In this document: positions 27,321 to 41,199 of the stretch, piece by piece | Numbering within the stretch: position 1 is the stretch's first letter | Layout: the number at the start of each line of letters is the position of its first letter | DNA from: Podarcis tiliguerta | Lineage: Eukaryota | Assembly: GCA_965153285.1 (NCBI GenBank) | Contig: OZ229114.1 | Strand: one strand, 5' to 3' | Length of the DNA stretch: 64,000 nucleotides | Translations under genes and position numbers: made by a program | Notes under the pieces: model-generated | Database searches by the model: none | What the model was told of the DNA's origin: nothing | The model's input: only the letters and a program-made list of their open reading frames with translations

Positions 27321-29866
27321 GCCAGGCTGATGTACCTATAGTAGACACAGGGGGTGTTTAGAATTTGACACCACTCCTATCCTCCCATTCCACCATCCAG
27401 TTTTGGCTCCTCCAGTGACAGAGATGCACTTGCAACGATAAAAGCACTGCAGAAAATTTAATAATAAATAAAATCTCAAAACGCTAACTGATTTCATGAG
27501 GAGTAAGCCCCCGCTAAGTACTCCTCGGTAAGTGTATTTAGGATCTTCTCTATTCCATCTTAAATGTTCAGTTGCAGACATGAGCTCTCTCATCACAATC
27601 ATCAACATCTTCCCCCATCCCTTTTGACTTAATATCCAGTCTGAAAAAGAGATCTGGTGAACCTGAAAGCTTGAACACTACCTTTGGGATATTTCGGCTG
27701 GCCTAATAAATTATACTACTGTAAGTTCAGGTATTGTTCATACCAACAAATCTGCCATGCCTATACTTAGAAATCTGAAACTGTATCCATGACCCTTCAT
27801 CAAAGAAATTGAATCAACACTTGTTTTTTAATGCAAAAAACAAAGCCACACAGGGAACAGGTCTGACTTTTGAAGTCAAGTATTAAAATAATGACACAAT
27901 TGGTAAAATGTTTTATTTAAATGTGTAGGATTCTCCTGGACCCAAGTACCAGTAAATCATTACAGGTACTACCATCTAGGAGGCATCATCTGGTTATTTA
28001 GGTTGGAAGAATAGAGAGATGTTGGAAGAATAGAGAGATGTATTAAAGGAATGCAAATTCCAGTACAGTACAGCTTTATCAAGTGCTGAAAAGACAAGCT
28101 TCTCCTAAGTCACAAATATTCAGGAGGTTATTTCAAGTTCTAAATATTTGTGACTAAAATGAAACCTCTTGCAACCAGCAATGTTCCCCAGGAGAGCACC
28201 TGAGCAATAAACCAAGCCTTCCCAAACCCAATGCCCTTTTGATGTTGCTGGGGTATATTTCCCATCAGTCACAGCTAGCATGCCCGATTGTAAGGATAAT
28301 GGGAGTTTTAATCCAACATTATCTAGAGGACACCAAGCTGAAGAAAGCTGGAATATGTAGTGCTATCTCCCTCCACGTGTTGCCTGCTTTTTCATCTTAG
28401 AGGGAGAAGTCGAACTCTATGTAGTTGACTCTGTACAGCCTTATGTACACAAATAAGAGAGGCAATCAGGGTTGCCAGTTCAGTATCACACTGCACAAGA
28501 GTTTATCGGCTAGCCTTCACCAACTTGGTGCCTTCCAGGATTTCTATCAGCCCCAGCCCGCATGATCAATGGTAAGAGATGATGGGAGTTGTAGCTCAAA
28601 ACATCTGGAGGTCACTAGGTTGGGGAAGGCATTCTGCGTTAAGAGTCTTTGGCCTTTAAAGCAGAAAACAACACACACAGTCTGACACAGCAGAAGCATA
28701 TCACACTCTCTGCTGGCATGTCCTTGGGCAGACTGATTAACTTGGCTGCTGTATTCAGATTCCCACTACCAGGGAGATGATTAGCCCAGCATTCAGTCAG
28801 CCTTCTTGATATATTACACACATCAAAACTACAGGAAAAACAAAAGAAGTGACAGAGTGCACAGCTGGTACATACTAATTTCTGGATAGACGAGATCAGA
28901 TCAGGTTCCATTGATCAGCAGTCTAGAAGTGACTAATCCACTTCAAAGAGGCTCTAAAAGCACCATAAGGGTCATGGATGGATGGTCACTTTGGTTCCAA
29001 GCATGTTGTTATCAGAAGACTGTACACTGGACAGTTCTGGAGAGAGGGTGTGAAAATTTTAGTAATCCTTTTGATTGATCTTGAGTTAACTGCTCCAAAC
29101 TTTTACAGGTAAGAGCACAGATTAGCTGGTAAGAAGCATTGTTACCCACCTGGTGGTAACTCCTGATCTTTAAGATGCCACTTCATCAGGATGCCCCTTT
29201 GTGTTGCTATTTGATAAACTATTCCAAAGTTCTGTTTCCCTCTCAACAGGGGTCTGAGTATGTACAGCTAGGCTGCACACACAAAAAAAGTGAATACTAA
29301 AGATAGAATGACCACATCCACTTTCTGTTCCTGTGCTAATTCCACAGGCACAAATCTCTGGAAGAGAAGGGAGGGCAAATCAGGGGAGCCAAAATGAAGG
29401 GATGGCTCAAACAACACGAGATTTCTCACTCTCAAGAAAAACTAACTCCAAATTCTAGGGTTGAAAAAATGCTTGTTTAGTCTAATCAAAAACTCTGGAC
29501 TTTTACTCGCTGACTTTCTCTCTCTCCCCCACCCCCCATAATTTCAACATACTACTACAGTATGGCTATAAAAATTAAACTCAAATTCCTATGAATGTGC
29601 AGCAAACTTTTGATACTGCTCCTCAATGGGGAAGATGTAAGAAATCAGCATTTTTCAACACTAGCTTCCAGATTATAGGAACTTAGGATAATGTGATTTT
29701 TCTAGCCAGTTTATCCAGATTTGTACCACAGAAAGCACAGGCAAAGACACTCATTCTGATATGCCTGCAGATGTGATATAATGTGATATTACTGTGATAA
29801 TGCTGGGTTTCAATGATCACCTTCAGAAATATATATTTCTATTTTTAGCTGTATTCAGATGATCAT

Positions 29867-30222
29867 AAGGTAAAGGTAAAGGTACCCCTGCCTGTACGGG
29901 CCAGTCTTGCCAGACTCTAGGGTTGTGCGCTCATCTCACTCTATAGGCCGGGAGCCAGCGCTGTCCGCAGACACTTCCGGGTCACGTGGCCAGCGTGACA
30001 AGCTGCATCTGGCGAGCCAGCGCAGCACACGGAACGCCGTTTACCTTCCCGCTGGTAAGCGGTCCCTATTTATCTACTTGCACCCGGAGGTGCTTTCGAA
30101 CTGCTAGGTTGGCAGGCGCTGGAACCGAACAACGGGAGCGCACCCCACCGCAGGGATTCGAACCGCCGACCATGCGATCGGCAAGTCCTAGGCGCTGAGG
30201 TTTTACCCACAGCGCCACCCGC
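29867..30222 (-). mobile_element. Sauria SINE, near full length
   Basis: Highly similar to the 1567-1924 copy; B-box ggattcgaacc (reverse); (ACCTTT)n tail; no clear TSD. Confidence 0.9.
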
Positions 30223-32026
30223 TTAATAAACCAAGATATGAATAAAGCTGGTACCAGTGCAAGCAGACACTTCCTTCATTGGTGTTTCTGAATGCAAGGT
30301 ACAAGTCTTCAATTAGCAACAGTGTCCATCTCTTCCAACTGGGAACTCCCACAACCAGGTTCAGAACAAGCCAAGATCTTAAACCAACTGCCAACAACAG
30401 TTTGATTTTCTGGCTTGTTCCTGACTTGGTAATCATAGTTTTACAGTTCAGACAAAATGAGAAAAAATGGTTAACGGATGATATCCACTTTGTGTTCAGG
30501 TACACCATAAAGGGCAAGTTGCATGCGTGGGTAAAATTTTGGGGCATATCTTGGCTTATTAACCCAATATATAATTGTCCAGACTGGACCAATCTGTCTG
30601 TAGAGAAAATAATGCAGGAAAAGTGATCAATCACTATTTCCCCAGCAAATATATTGGCTTAAATCTCAAGTTATCAAGCTTCTGATTTTTTTTGGGGGGG
30701 GGGGATTTTGGATCCCTTAAAGTCATTTATCTCTCAATACATTTCCTAGGAAAATAGAAGATTTCAGACCATGAGTCAAGACCAACCCTGATCATGCAGA
30801 GCCAATGGTGGCTGGCCTATGGCTGGGAAGCATAGTTTTGTTTTTGTTTTAAAAGACAGCTATGTGGGGCAAATACTCTTTACCAAAAAAATAATCATGT
30901 CATGGTTCAACAAAATTCCAGTGAAATCTGCATTAGAGGCAAATGATCTAAATATTTGAAAAACACAATCTAAGCTAAGAAGTGCTAAGAAGACACGAGT
31001 TATCTTTTCAAGGGCGGGATCCAAATGCGGGAACAGCCATGCTACTTTTGAAATATCTGCTTCACCCTTGGCTCTAGCAGGCAGCCACATATTTTTTCTG
31101 TTGGAGACTCACAATATTTACATCACTCAAACAACAAGTTAGAGCAAAAATTGGAATGGCGTTCTAGGGGAGCAAATTCCAATCTCCTTCATAATATTCT
31201 TAAAGAGCTGCCATTTAATAAGTATAAGGTATATCATGCACTGCATAACCTACGCCACACTAAGCAAGGCTACCTCCTCATTCCATTTCACTTCAAACCT
31301 CTTCTAAAAGCTGTTTTCCTGCTTCCTAGTTCCCCAATTATAACCTTTACACCAAATGCAACTTTTCTCAATAATAAAGAATATGTCATGTTATAATGGA
31401 GCCACTTACAAATTATGCTGTGCAAAAGTGAAGATTCTCATTGCAACAAAGAAAAATATTGAATTTGATATTGATATTGTAAAGTATATATAACACAGCT
31501 ACAAAGTATCAGACTTCAGTATAAAACACTACCCTTCTCTGTTCTTTTAAGGATGGAAAACAGACCCCTCTGATCTCAAGTCTGGTTAATACCGACTGTG
31601 GAGTAGCATTAACTATGGATAAGATGGGTGTCATGATAAACCTTTACCATAAGGCTTGCTTTGGCTGGGGAATTTGCATTGGAGAAGCGAAGGAGCATTA
31701 TATCCTTTGGCCTGCTCCCAATCCCTTAACCTTCTTTAGTTACTGAGAGTGCTACAATGTCAAAGGCCCTGTAAGATCCAGTGCTTGAATATGCGCCCCG
31801 TAGGATGCGCATGCCCATTTTAAATGTTTGCCTAATATAGATCAATCTACCTATGCTTCCACCATTTAAAACAGTTTCATTTCAAATTTTATGTCATCCT
31901 ACAAACATCAAAACAGCACTGCAGAATCCTTCTTAACAGTTTACCTGTGTTCCAAATAGCCCTACAACATAAGAACTTTGGATGATGAATTTTCAGTTTC
32001 CCTCCCATGCCCATGGATTTACTCAC

Positions 32027-32439
<413 letters not shown>

Positions 32440-32714
32440 TCAGCACTTGCTGTCTGGAGTACTGTAGAACCCTGGCAAAACACACAATATGCAACACATA
32501 GCATTATACTTAAAGAAAAGCAAATGATAAGGATGTATTTTTTCCACAGTAAGAAAACTCCACCTCTCACATTAAAAACCCGAGTTCCATAAGAAAGCTC
32601 ACATATGATTGCACAAGACTGGAAAACTAAATAGAAAGCAGACCGATGCGCACAGTTATGAAGACATTTTTTTACAAAGGTCATGTAGACTTTATTTATG
32701 AAAAGGAACATTAC

Positions 32715-32854
32715 CGTGAAGTTTGCATGAGCAACATGTGATCCAAAAGTTAAATGTAACTGCAGACCATTTGCGTATTTTAGTACCTCATACAGCTACA
32801 GGAATGGAGAGTAGTCCTCAACCTGGACTATCTTTGCATTAAGGCAGAATGCTG
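32715..32854 (-). other. Candidate non-coding 5'UTR exon of AMMECR1L
   Basis: Acceptor tttttcttgggtttatctag (alternative AG would start the exon at 32822); donor ACG|GTAATG. Confidence 0.45.
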
Positions 32855-34603
32855 CTAGATAAACCCAAGAAAAACATTCCAGATGTGCTCAGTGACATCA
32901 TCACACATACAATTGGTTGAACGGCCACAGTGCTACAAAGTGCTCACTGTATGCTTGCAATTTTAGTTTGCTTTCAACCTAGGGTTTCAGTTCACTTGCA
33001 AAATACTATGTCCAAGAAGGCCTAAGGCACAGGGAACTGTGAAGTCTTCCAGATATTGAAAATATTCAGTTTAACAAACTTGGCCTTTTTCTAGAACAAA
33101 GGCTGCAGCCATTTCACTATCTTCTAGATGTGCAATCTTATAACTTAAAGGCTATTCTTTCTATCCATCCCTTGCTCACACGTGTCTCGGGAAAATCTAA
33201 TCAGCAGTGATAGTACAAGCTAGCCCCTATACCCACCAGCATGAGACAGGTATATACTGGGGCAAAAAGAGTAGGAGAAAGCTCCCAGTGTCATAAATAC
33301 TTTGGAGGAAGAAGGCAGTATGCCAATCACGTCTCCTATGCTAGTTATTAGCCTGGTAGAGTCAAGAGGGTGAGTCTTCCTTTCTTGGACATTCCCGTAT
33401 GCAGGTCTACTGCTGCCACCCTTTCTTAGGAATTAGTGCGATTTGCCCATTATCACTGAAATACAAATAACCACCAAGGAGTTTGATCAAAGATCCCTCT
33501 AACAAAACACAGATTACAGATAGAAATGAGACCTTCAGCCTTAGATTTTGAACTTTCTTGCATGTTACTATCTTAAATTCAAATTAAAAACGGAACAGGA
33601 CAATTTTCTCTGTTGAGTGTAGGCCTCAGTCTTCTTTACATAAAGAGAATGTTGAAACCAATGCCCTTGCATTGGTTTGGGGCTGAAAAGTGTTAGTTAT
33701 AAATGGAAGGTTATACAATGGCTATGAAAAAGGAGGGAGAATTCTACAATTGTGGCTGCACCTGTGTCAATGGCCTAGTCAGCATGCTGGCCAGAACTGC
33801 AACACAAACCTAGGCACATTTACTCAGAAGTCAATCCAAAGCATGCACAGAATGTATGATATTTGCAAGGGATTTTATAAGAAAATTATTATTCCATATG
33901 TGCAAATGGTCAGAAAGCAAATGTAGATGAAACTGGCTGGTGCATTTCAGATGCTAACATTTTGTAAATACCAGCAAAGAGAAAGAAACAATTTAACAAT
34001 GAATCACCTATTCAGTTCTTTTTTTATCCAACAATTAACTCACCATCCTATCCCCACCTGACTACAGTCACCTCAGCATATGGAAAAAGGGTTTTATAGG
34101 CAGCGATTTCTTGTAACATTACATCAAATAATTTTATTGCTTTGCTAATTATTGGGTTGAACACCCTATTTCATCTCAGTTTGAGCTCTGTTACTGAAAC
34201 AGGGCTGCAAAATATATAGGATATTATCTAACCTTGGCATCACTTTGGAACTGGGTGGCAATTGTAAAAAACACACTAAGCTTAGGGGTTGGGGCGGGGT
34301 GCAGAAAGAATACAGTAACATTGGAGGTTGTAAGGTGGGTAAAGCTCTCCCCTTTCATATGCTTTTTGGTAATACCAGTCACCAGTATTCGCAGCATCAT
34401 TGTGCCATAAGTTTCAACACATTATGCTTGAGATAATACTTACTGAAAGCAGAAACCTTGTATTGCCAAGGGGGGAGATGGACAAGTGGAAGGGGAAGCT
34501 ATTTTATATCTGGAATGAATTTTCTTTTCTCACGGCCCATTCCTGTTCCCCAAATCTGGAAAAAAAACATTCAGGGAAAAAGGGCTATAAAATAATATCT
34601 AGG

Positions 34604-34727
34604 CAAAATTAAACACTGAATTAAGACTGAATCAAAATTAAACACTGAATCAGCTACTAGACTTGCACTACCTCACTACTACTACGACTTGCACTACTAG
34701 ACTTGCACTACCTAAATGCACTACCTC
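34604..34727. repeat. Cluster of short tandem duplications
   Basis: caaaattaaacactgaat x2; gacttgcactac x3 plus a partial copy. Confidence 0.85.
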
Positions 34728-36099
34728 ATTCCTAGTGAAATAGATGGAAAGAGGCATACTAGGTTAACACAGTGTACGAGACACAAAGTAAATGTGGGTT
34801 TTTCTATCTTTTCTGTTCTTGACCCAAAGTCCATCTTACTCCTACTATGACATGCACTCAGAGAAACTACTGCTATGAAACCATTGAAAGACAATGTTAC
34901 TGTATTTCCTTATGGGGTGGGGGAACTTTTGTACAGATAGTGTACAAAAGATAGTGAAAGAAGCAAAATGAAAGAGCTAATACAGGAAGAAATACCCTAG
35001 AACTATTAGGTGCAGGGTGCTTGGGCCTTATTTATTAAAATATTTATATACTGCCTTTGGCAGAGGCATCTCAAGGAGATGTACAACAATATAAAATATT
35101 ATACAAATGCAATCAAAATCATTAAAATACTTTCAGACAGACAATAAGAATATCCTTATAGCATCTTATAATGGCTGGCATCAGTAGCCGGCAAATGTCA
35201 TGATAAGCAAAGTTTTCAGCACGTGCCAGAACTGCTTTACTGTTGGCATGTGCCTTATTTTGGGGTGGGGGTGATGGGGAGAGACCATTTCATAGCGTGT
35301 GGCACCACAGAAAACATACACTTCCAAATGGATGCATGTTGGCATAACCAGGAGAACCTCTACAGATGATCCTCACCAGATATGTACTGTCATCTTAGCT
35401 CACTTAGTTTAAGACCACACTGACACTGGGATAGAATACACCAGCATGGCTAATTATCTCCTCTAGCACATCAGCCACACTTGCAGAGAAGATAAAACAG
35501 GGGTAGTCTGCTCTGGTGAAGCTGAATAAAATGTTGAAGCCATATCCAAGTATGAGATCCAACTCTTTCACTATTTTAACTCAGACATATACAAAGCTGA
35601 TGGCACTGATAGCGTTAGAAGGCAGATTACATAGATATAATGATTAGCAACAGGAAGACACAGCAAAGGGTAGACACACTTATTGGAGTAGTCGATGGGG
35701 GCAAAACCAGCAGTCAAATGTCTTACGGCAATAGTTTCAGAAAACCATCAGAGCAAGCATATATATTCCAAAATGCACTTTACATCCTAATTCCTAATAA
35801 TTTACTTCCTAATTCCAATGAACTTTACTTCCTAATTAAGACCACAATCCTACGCTCCCTTATCTGGAAGCAAAAACCCAGCTGGACACAACAGGATGGT
35901 ACAAATACACAGGACCTTATGGCAAAGGAATATAAAAGACTACAGCCTGCAATCCTAAAAGACACGCTAGGCACCAAGTCCCACTGAACTGAAACGGAGC
36001 TTATAGCTGAGTAAACCTGTTTAGGAGCGAAGAGACGACCTACGTGACTGTACTGAATGCAAGAGGAGGACGTGACTAGCCCTGTTCCATAAGCATTTC

Positions 36100-37250
36100 C
36101 GCCGCCGTAACAAGGTATTATGTCTCATTTATCCTCAAAACAGATGTACAAGGATAGCCGGGCTTGCCCAAGGCTACCCAGGCGGGTGAATCGAGAATTT
36201 GAACCGGGTCCAAAGCCCCGGTCTGTAGCCGCTGCACCACGCCGGGAGTCGGCGAATAAGTAGGTTGAAGGGCCCCGTGCACGAGCGTGGGGAAAGCAAC
36301 AAAGCGGGGGGGGGGGGAGAGGCTGCCGAGCAGGACGCGAGGAAGAGGAAGATGCGGGAGGGGGGGGAGATAAGAGGGACGCCCCAGAGTCCAGACCTGA
36401 AGAGACAAGGAGCGAGAGCGGCGCAAAGGAGGATGAAGCCCGGGGGGGGTTGAGGGGAATGTGAGGTGAGCCCGCAAGGGGGGGGGTAATATCTGAGCAG
36501 CCCCCCCCCCCGCGGGGAGGACGTGAGAGCCCCCACCTTCTCTCTTCCCGGAGCGGAGACGGCTCCCTTCCCCAGTTCGCCGTTTCAGCCCAACCAACGT
36601 CGCCGCCACCAGCGCTGCCGCCGCCGCCGCTCCTGCTCTTGCCTCCCCGCCGCCGCCGCCACCAGCGCCGCCGCCGCCGCCGCCACCACCTCGACTGCCC
36701 CGCGCTTCATGGAGCCATGGGCCGAGGCGGGCGAGAGCCGGAGAAGTGGACCCAGCGGGGCAGGGGAGGACGAGGCGGCCCGGGGGCGGGGGGAGGGGAA
36801 GGGGGGAAACCGCACAGCGAAATCGGAAGAGGAATCCCGGGCTCGCCGCCGGCTACACAGAGAGAGCTGAAGCAAGGCGGCACAGAGCGCAGGTCCTCCA
36901 CTATCCCGGCGGCCCCTTCGCCGAGTGTGAGGTAATGGGGGAGGAATGTGCACGCCGATCCGCCAGCCTCCCGTCCGGCCCCGCGAGGACCATAGACGCA
37001 GCGGGGAGCGCCTCCTACAAAGAAACCATAGATCCTCGGGAGCAGAGGGACTTCCGCCCGCCGACGCCTGATCCGTTGGAGGTGGGGGAGGGTCATGTGA
37101 GACCGTGAAGGCGCGAAGGAAACCAATGGAAATAGAAGCCGCCTCTCTTTCCTCCCTGCCCCCGTCTTCTGAGCGAGGGGGGGGGGAAAGGTCTGAATAG
37201 GTCACGTGACTCAACGTGCCGCCTGGCCCCCCCCCCCCAATCGGGTTATT
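36100..37250 (-). promoter_or_regulatory. AMMECR1L CpG-island promoter and first exon (candidate donor AAG|GTGGGG, exon end 36537)
   Basis: CpG-rich, (GCC)n runs at 36600-36690, GTCACGTGAC E-box at 37201-37210, CCAAT at ~37123 and ~37237. Confidence 0.8.
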
Positions 37251-37585
37251 TAGACGGAGAAGGAAGCGATGTCTTTCTCCATGGGTTAGAAATGTCGCCT
37301 GAGTTCTGTTGTTTATAGCGGGGGTTCCGTGTACTTCTGACGTTCAAACGCCTTGAGTCAGGAGGAGGTTCATTTGAGGTCAAGGGGAATTGGTCTCCAG
37401 CAATTGTGCTTACAACTGCAGCCTGAATAGGCACTCCAGTGCGGTGCATGTGGTTGTCTGCTGCAGGCAGAAATATCTCCACACACACAAAGATATTTTT
37501 AGCAGCTTAAAGGCCAAAGGATTTATCGATTGATTTACTGTATTTGTAAACAAACAGCCAAGGCAGCTCACACTAAGAATTAAAA

Positions 37586-37683
37586 GAATCCTAGAAATGT
37601 AGGGGTGGAAGGGATCCCGAGGATCATCTTGTTCACTCCCTGCAATGCATGAATCTCAACTAGATCATACATGACAGATGGCT
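37586..37683 (-). mobile_element. CR1 3' end fragment abutting a SINE
   Basis: gaatcctagaaatgtaggggtggaagggatcc... Confidence 0.55.
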
Positions 37684-37911
37684 AGGTAAAGGGACCCCTG
37701 ACCATTAGGTCCAGTCACTGATGACTCTGGGGTTGCAGCGCTCATCTCGCTCTATAGGCCAAGGAAGCTGACGTTTGTCTGGGTCGTGTGGCCAGCATGA
37801 CTGGTGAACCAGAGCAGCGCATGGAATCGCAGATTACCTTCCTACCAGAGTGGTACCTATTCATCTATTTGCACTTGACGTGCTTTCGAACTGCTAGGTT
37901 GGAAGGAGCTG
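37684..37911 (-). mobile_element. Sauria SINE, 5'-degenerate, older subfamily
   Basis: aggtaaagggacccctgaccattaggtccagtc ... ttcgaactgctaggttgg. Confidence 0.8.
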
Positions 37912-39837
37912 CAGGCCTTACGCGCTTGCATTTTGGTAGTAATCATCCTGAACTCTGGGGATACGTAACTTGGTTACCACCCCACACTGCTGATGGAATA
38001 TGTCTGTTAGAAAGAAATGCAAGTAATTGCAAAAACTGTTATTAAAATCTGGATAATGTGGGCATGGGGGGAGAAAGGAAAGCATGCCAAGGGCTGCACA
38101 AGTCAAGTGGATTGTCTCTAAATGAATTACCTATGTGGTCCCAAGTAACAGCAGCATGAAGTTTGCAACCCTATGCAACTCACTCTTGTCAACCATGTCT
38201 GCTCCTTCCACAGTGAGGTGTGGCAGCCCAGCACTATCCTTGCCCTTGGATAGCCTTCTGTGCATGACAATATAGAGAATAGCACGGGCCATCACAACTT
38301 TGGATACCTTCTCAGGAGAGTGGGTCACATTGCCCTACCATGTGATGCAGGGCATGGAATCACATCTTCAGTGTCCCCAATGACTATTTGAATAAAGGGC
38401 TTCACTGAGAACCCATGGGTATTCAGCTGTGTGCCTGGGGAAGTAAAAGGGTTATCAGTGGCCTCTCCTGTCTGGATGTTGCTATGTGTTAATCCAGGTC
38501 ACACATCTACCCAAAAGCCCCCTGTGGTCCTCCAGCAGATGTAGCTGGTTAGAAACTAAGAATCTAGAAGTTAGGAACATTTTCTGGCATTGTGGCATTC
38601 ATGAGATGGACACTGGGTATTGCATATCACCATCATGTAGATAGCGTAGACAGAAGCCAACAGTTTCATAGAACACATATCTAATTTTGCATGCTCTGCC
38701 TCACAGAAGCCTGGCAGTGCAGTCTCATGGGACACAGGGTGGACTGACTACCCATGCCACATTCCATTGGAAACGCCCTATTACTGGGTAATGCAAGCCC
38801 AGGAGGACATTCTTGATACCATTAGTATGGAGCAGACCCGATAGGTTGGAAATGGACATGGTGGTGCCATGTTAAGAGAAGCAGAGAAAGGAGTTGGCAG
38901 TGCCTAAGAGGCTGACCAGCTGGCCCAGCTGCAGATCCCCTCCCCCAAAGTCATTGAACCCTGGAAGTGGCTTTGCTCAGCACTCCTGGAAAGGTGTAAA
39001 AAAGGTGTGCTTGGCAATGCTCCAGTGCAATGAGCTTGTGAACCATCCCTGGTATAAGTTGCCTTTCTTTATACAGGCATGCTACTCCTCCAGGGTCCAT
39101 CAACTGTTGTGGCTACCCTCCCACTGACTGCCTAGCCAGGCCCCTTTCCCCAGATTTTGGAGCACCACTGTCCTGATCTCCAGAAACATCCCCTTGCCCC
39201 CGCTGCTACTATTTGGATATGGGCTTCAAGGGAAATTGAATAATTTGAGGAGCTTGTAGTCAAGGGGCAATCTACACTTGAGTTAACCTCCCGCTGGCCT
39301 GCCTTATCTTTGCACTATCAGGCTTGCTCTGACCCACTGGCTTTTGCTAATGGTAGCTCATCTCATTCTGCCTTAGTATGGGTGGGTGCTCTATTGGGTC
39401 CCTGGCCAGCAGTGTGCATGGTGGGTGATATTGTACCTGCTCGGAGCTGCATATAGACTGGCTGCTCCAAGTGGGATTGCTATGGATGTGTGTGCCTTTG
39501 CACTCCTCCCACTGCAGTTGTTTTCTTTTGGCTGGTAGTGGCCCCTTTCACTGAATGGAATTTGTACGTGCTGGATTTTGCCATTGTTATATCCTATATG
39601 GATATATGGTACTAAGAGAACTGATAGCAGCTTATTACAGAAATAGCAAATGTGGATGAAAATATGTTTAACCTAGATTGCTAAAAGTGTAATTGTTGTC
39701 CATATTACCAATCTGTTCTTTTTAAATGTCCTGAACAAAAGCAGCTACTTCCCTATAGTTCTTATCTGGCTTTTCTTTGCTGGGATCTGTAGCACAGAAT
39801 TAGATGCACCTGTTATTATACAAAATCCTCCAAATCC

Positions 39838-39843
39838 TTTATT
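39838..39843 (-). terminator. Probable SAP130 poly(A) signal AATAAA
   Basis: tttatt ~720 nt past the stop codon. Confidence 0.6.
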
Positions 39844-40556
39844 CATGTTTCCAGGATGTCATATAGCACAAATTGTATGTAACACAATGAAGAGCATCAC
39901 ACCAGCTACAGGAAGTACTGTGCTGTATGAGAGTACTTTGAAAACAATATCCCAGAGCACCAACATGGGCACACGCACACACTCCACAACACTACAAATC
40001 ACTTTGAAATGTATTTTTTAAAAAATAGACAGCTAGAGACTTCAGAACCACTTAAGATTCTAAATGTAGCAGAACCACCAGTGCAAGTGGCACTGGGTTT
40101 ATGAAGGCTGCTCTAGCCACTGCAAGATCTTAAGGAGCAAAAAACTGAGTTGGCTACGTGGAAGTAGTGTCATCTCCAAACAGTTTCAAGACAGATGGTT
40201 CTTGAGGTCTGCTGCAGAATCCATTGTACAAACCTGTGAAGTTATCTCTAAAACTGTAGGATGGAAGGGCGAGGACTGTCTATCACGTTTGCATCAATGG
40301 TTCCAATTAATAGGCACTGGCACATCAAGAGGGCTAAACAAAATGTGACTGTGAAGAGTTTAAACAGGGACAAGCCTGAGAAAAATCTTTGTTTCTTTGA
40401 TAGATCAATAATCATCCCTTAAGGTCATTGGGCTCCAACGTATCCATCCATCGTCCTTCTTACTCAGATGTAGCTCTCTAAAACAAACCCCCAATTAAAA
40501 GAGCCTTAACACTGTTCTGTACAACCTTTGTTTCCAGAGTCTTTATACCTCTGGCT

Positions 40557-40715
40557 CTAGACTTTTTCTTTTCTCTTCAATTTGGATACTTTCTTGACAG
40601 TTCCATTCTTATTGAGAAGCTTCAGAACACGCTCTTTGTGATCCAAGACCTTTAGCATGGATTCTCGAGCTTCATTTATTTGATCCATTACGAGCTTACA
40701 TCTCTGCATATTCCC
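40557..40715 (-). CDS. SAP130: Sin3A-associated protein 130, last exon (21)
   Basis: GNMQRCKLVMDQINEARESMLKVLDHKERVLKLLNKNGTVKKVSKLKRKEKV*; coding exons sum to 3171 nt = 1056 aa + stop. Confidence 0.96.
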   Translation of the reverse strand, partial: GNMQRCKLVMDQINEARESMLKVLDHKERVLKLLNKNGTVKKVSKLKRKEKV

Positions 40716-41111
40716 CTGAAACACAACACAGGACTGATATTAAACAGCTGAATGCCTCATAGGCACACAAGTAATCTTTAAACAACCACATTGAAATGTC
40801 AGAGAGTACATGACCTAAAGAATTTTAAAACAAATGAAACAGCCGTTTAGGAACAGATGAACAAGTATGTTTCCACTTTCTGCTAATAATAATCTGGGAA
40901 ATTAGACTCTCTACATCAAATGTATTATGTAAGACATTTGCATTTCAAGACACATAGTAATAATGGTGAACTTTCAAGGCGAAAGCAACCTCATTTGGAC
41001 GCAATGCTAAACTTAGTGCTGCTTGGATGAAGCTTGTGCGCTCTCCCACTCCCCTTTCCACTTCTTGCATAGCGGCAAGGAGGAGAGTCATGTCCAAACC
41101 TGGATCAACAG

Positions 41112-41199
41112 TAATTTTTAATTATGGTTTAGGGAAACAAGCCAATTTCAAACCATGGTTGATTAAGTTGGCTTGTTTCCCTAACCATAATTAATATTA
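41112..41199. repeat. Palindrome centred on aaccatggtt (MITE-like)
   Basis: taattatggtttagggaaacaagccaa / ttggcttgtttccctaaccataatta arms. Confidence 0.8.

Noticed and set aside
36118-37214. Long GC-rich ORFs (up to 209 aa) on both strands
   Set aside because: Low-complexity translations expected in CpG islands; no domain similarity. The same applies to ORFs at 5462-6156, 11965-12753 and 60362-61227.
38100-39550. GC-richer intergenic stretch, possibly a decayed retroelement or pseudogene
   Set aside because: No recognisable protein motif in any frame
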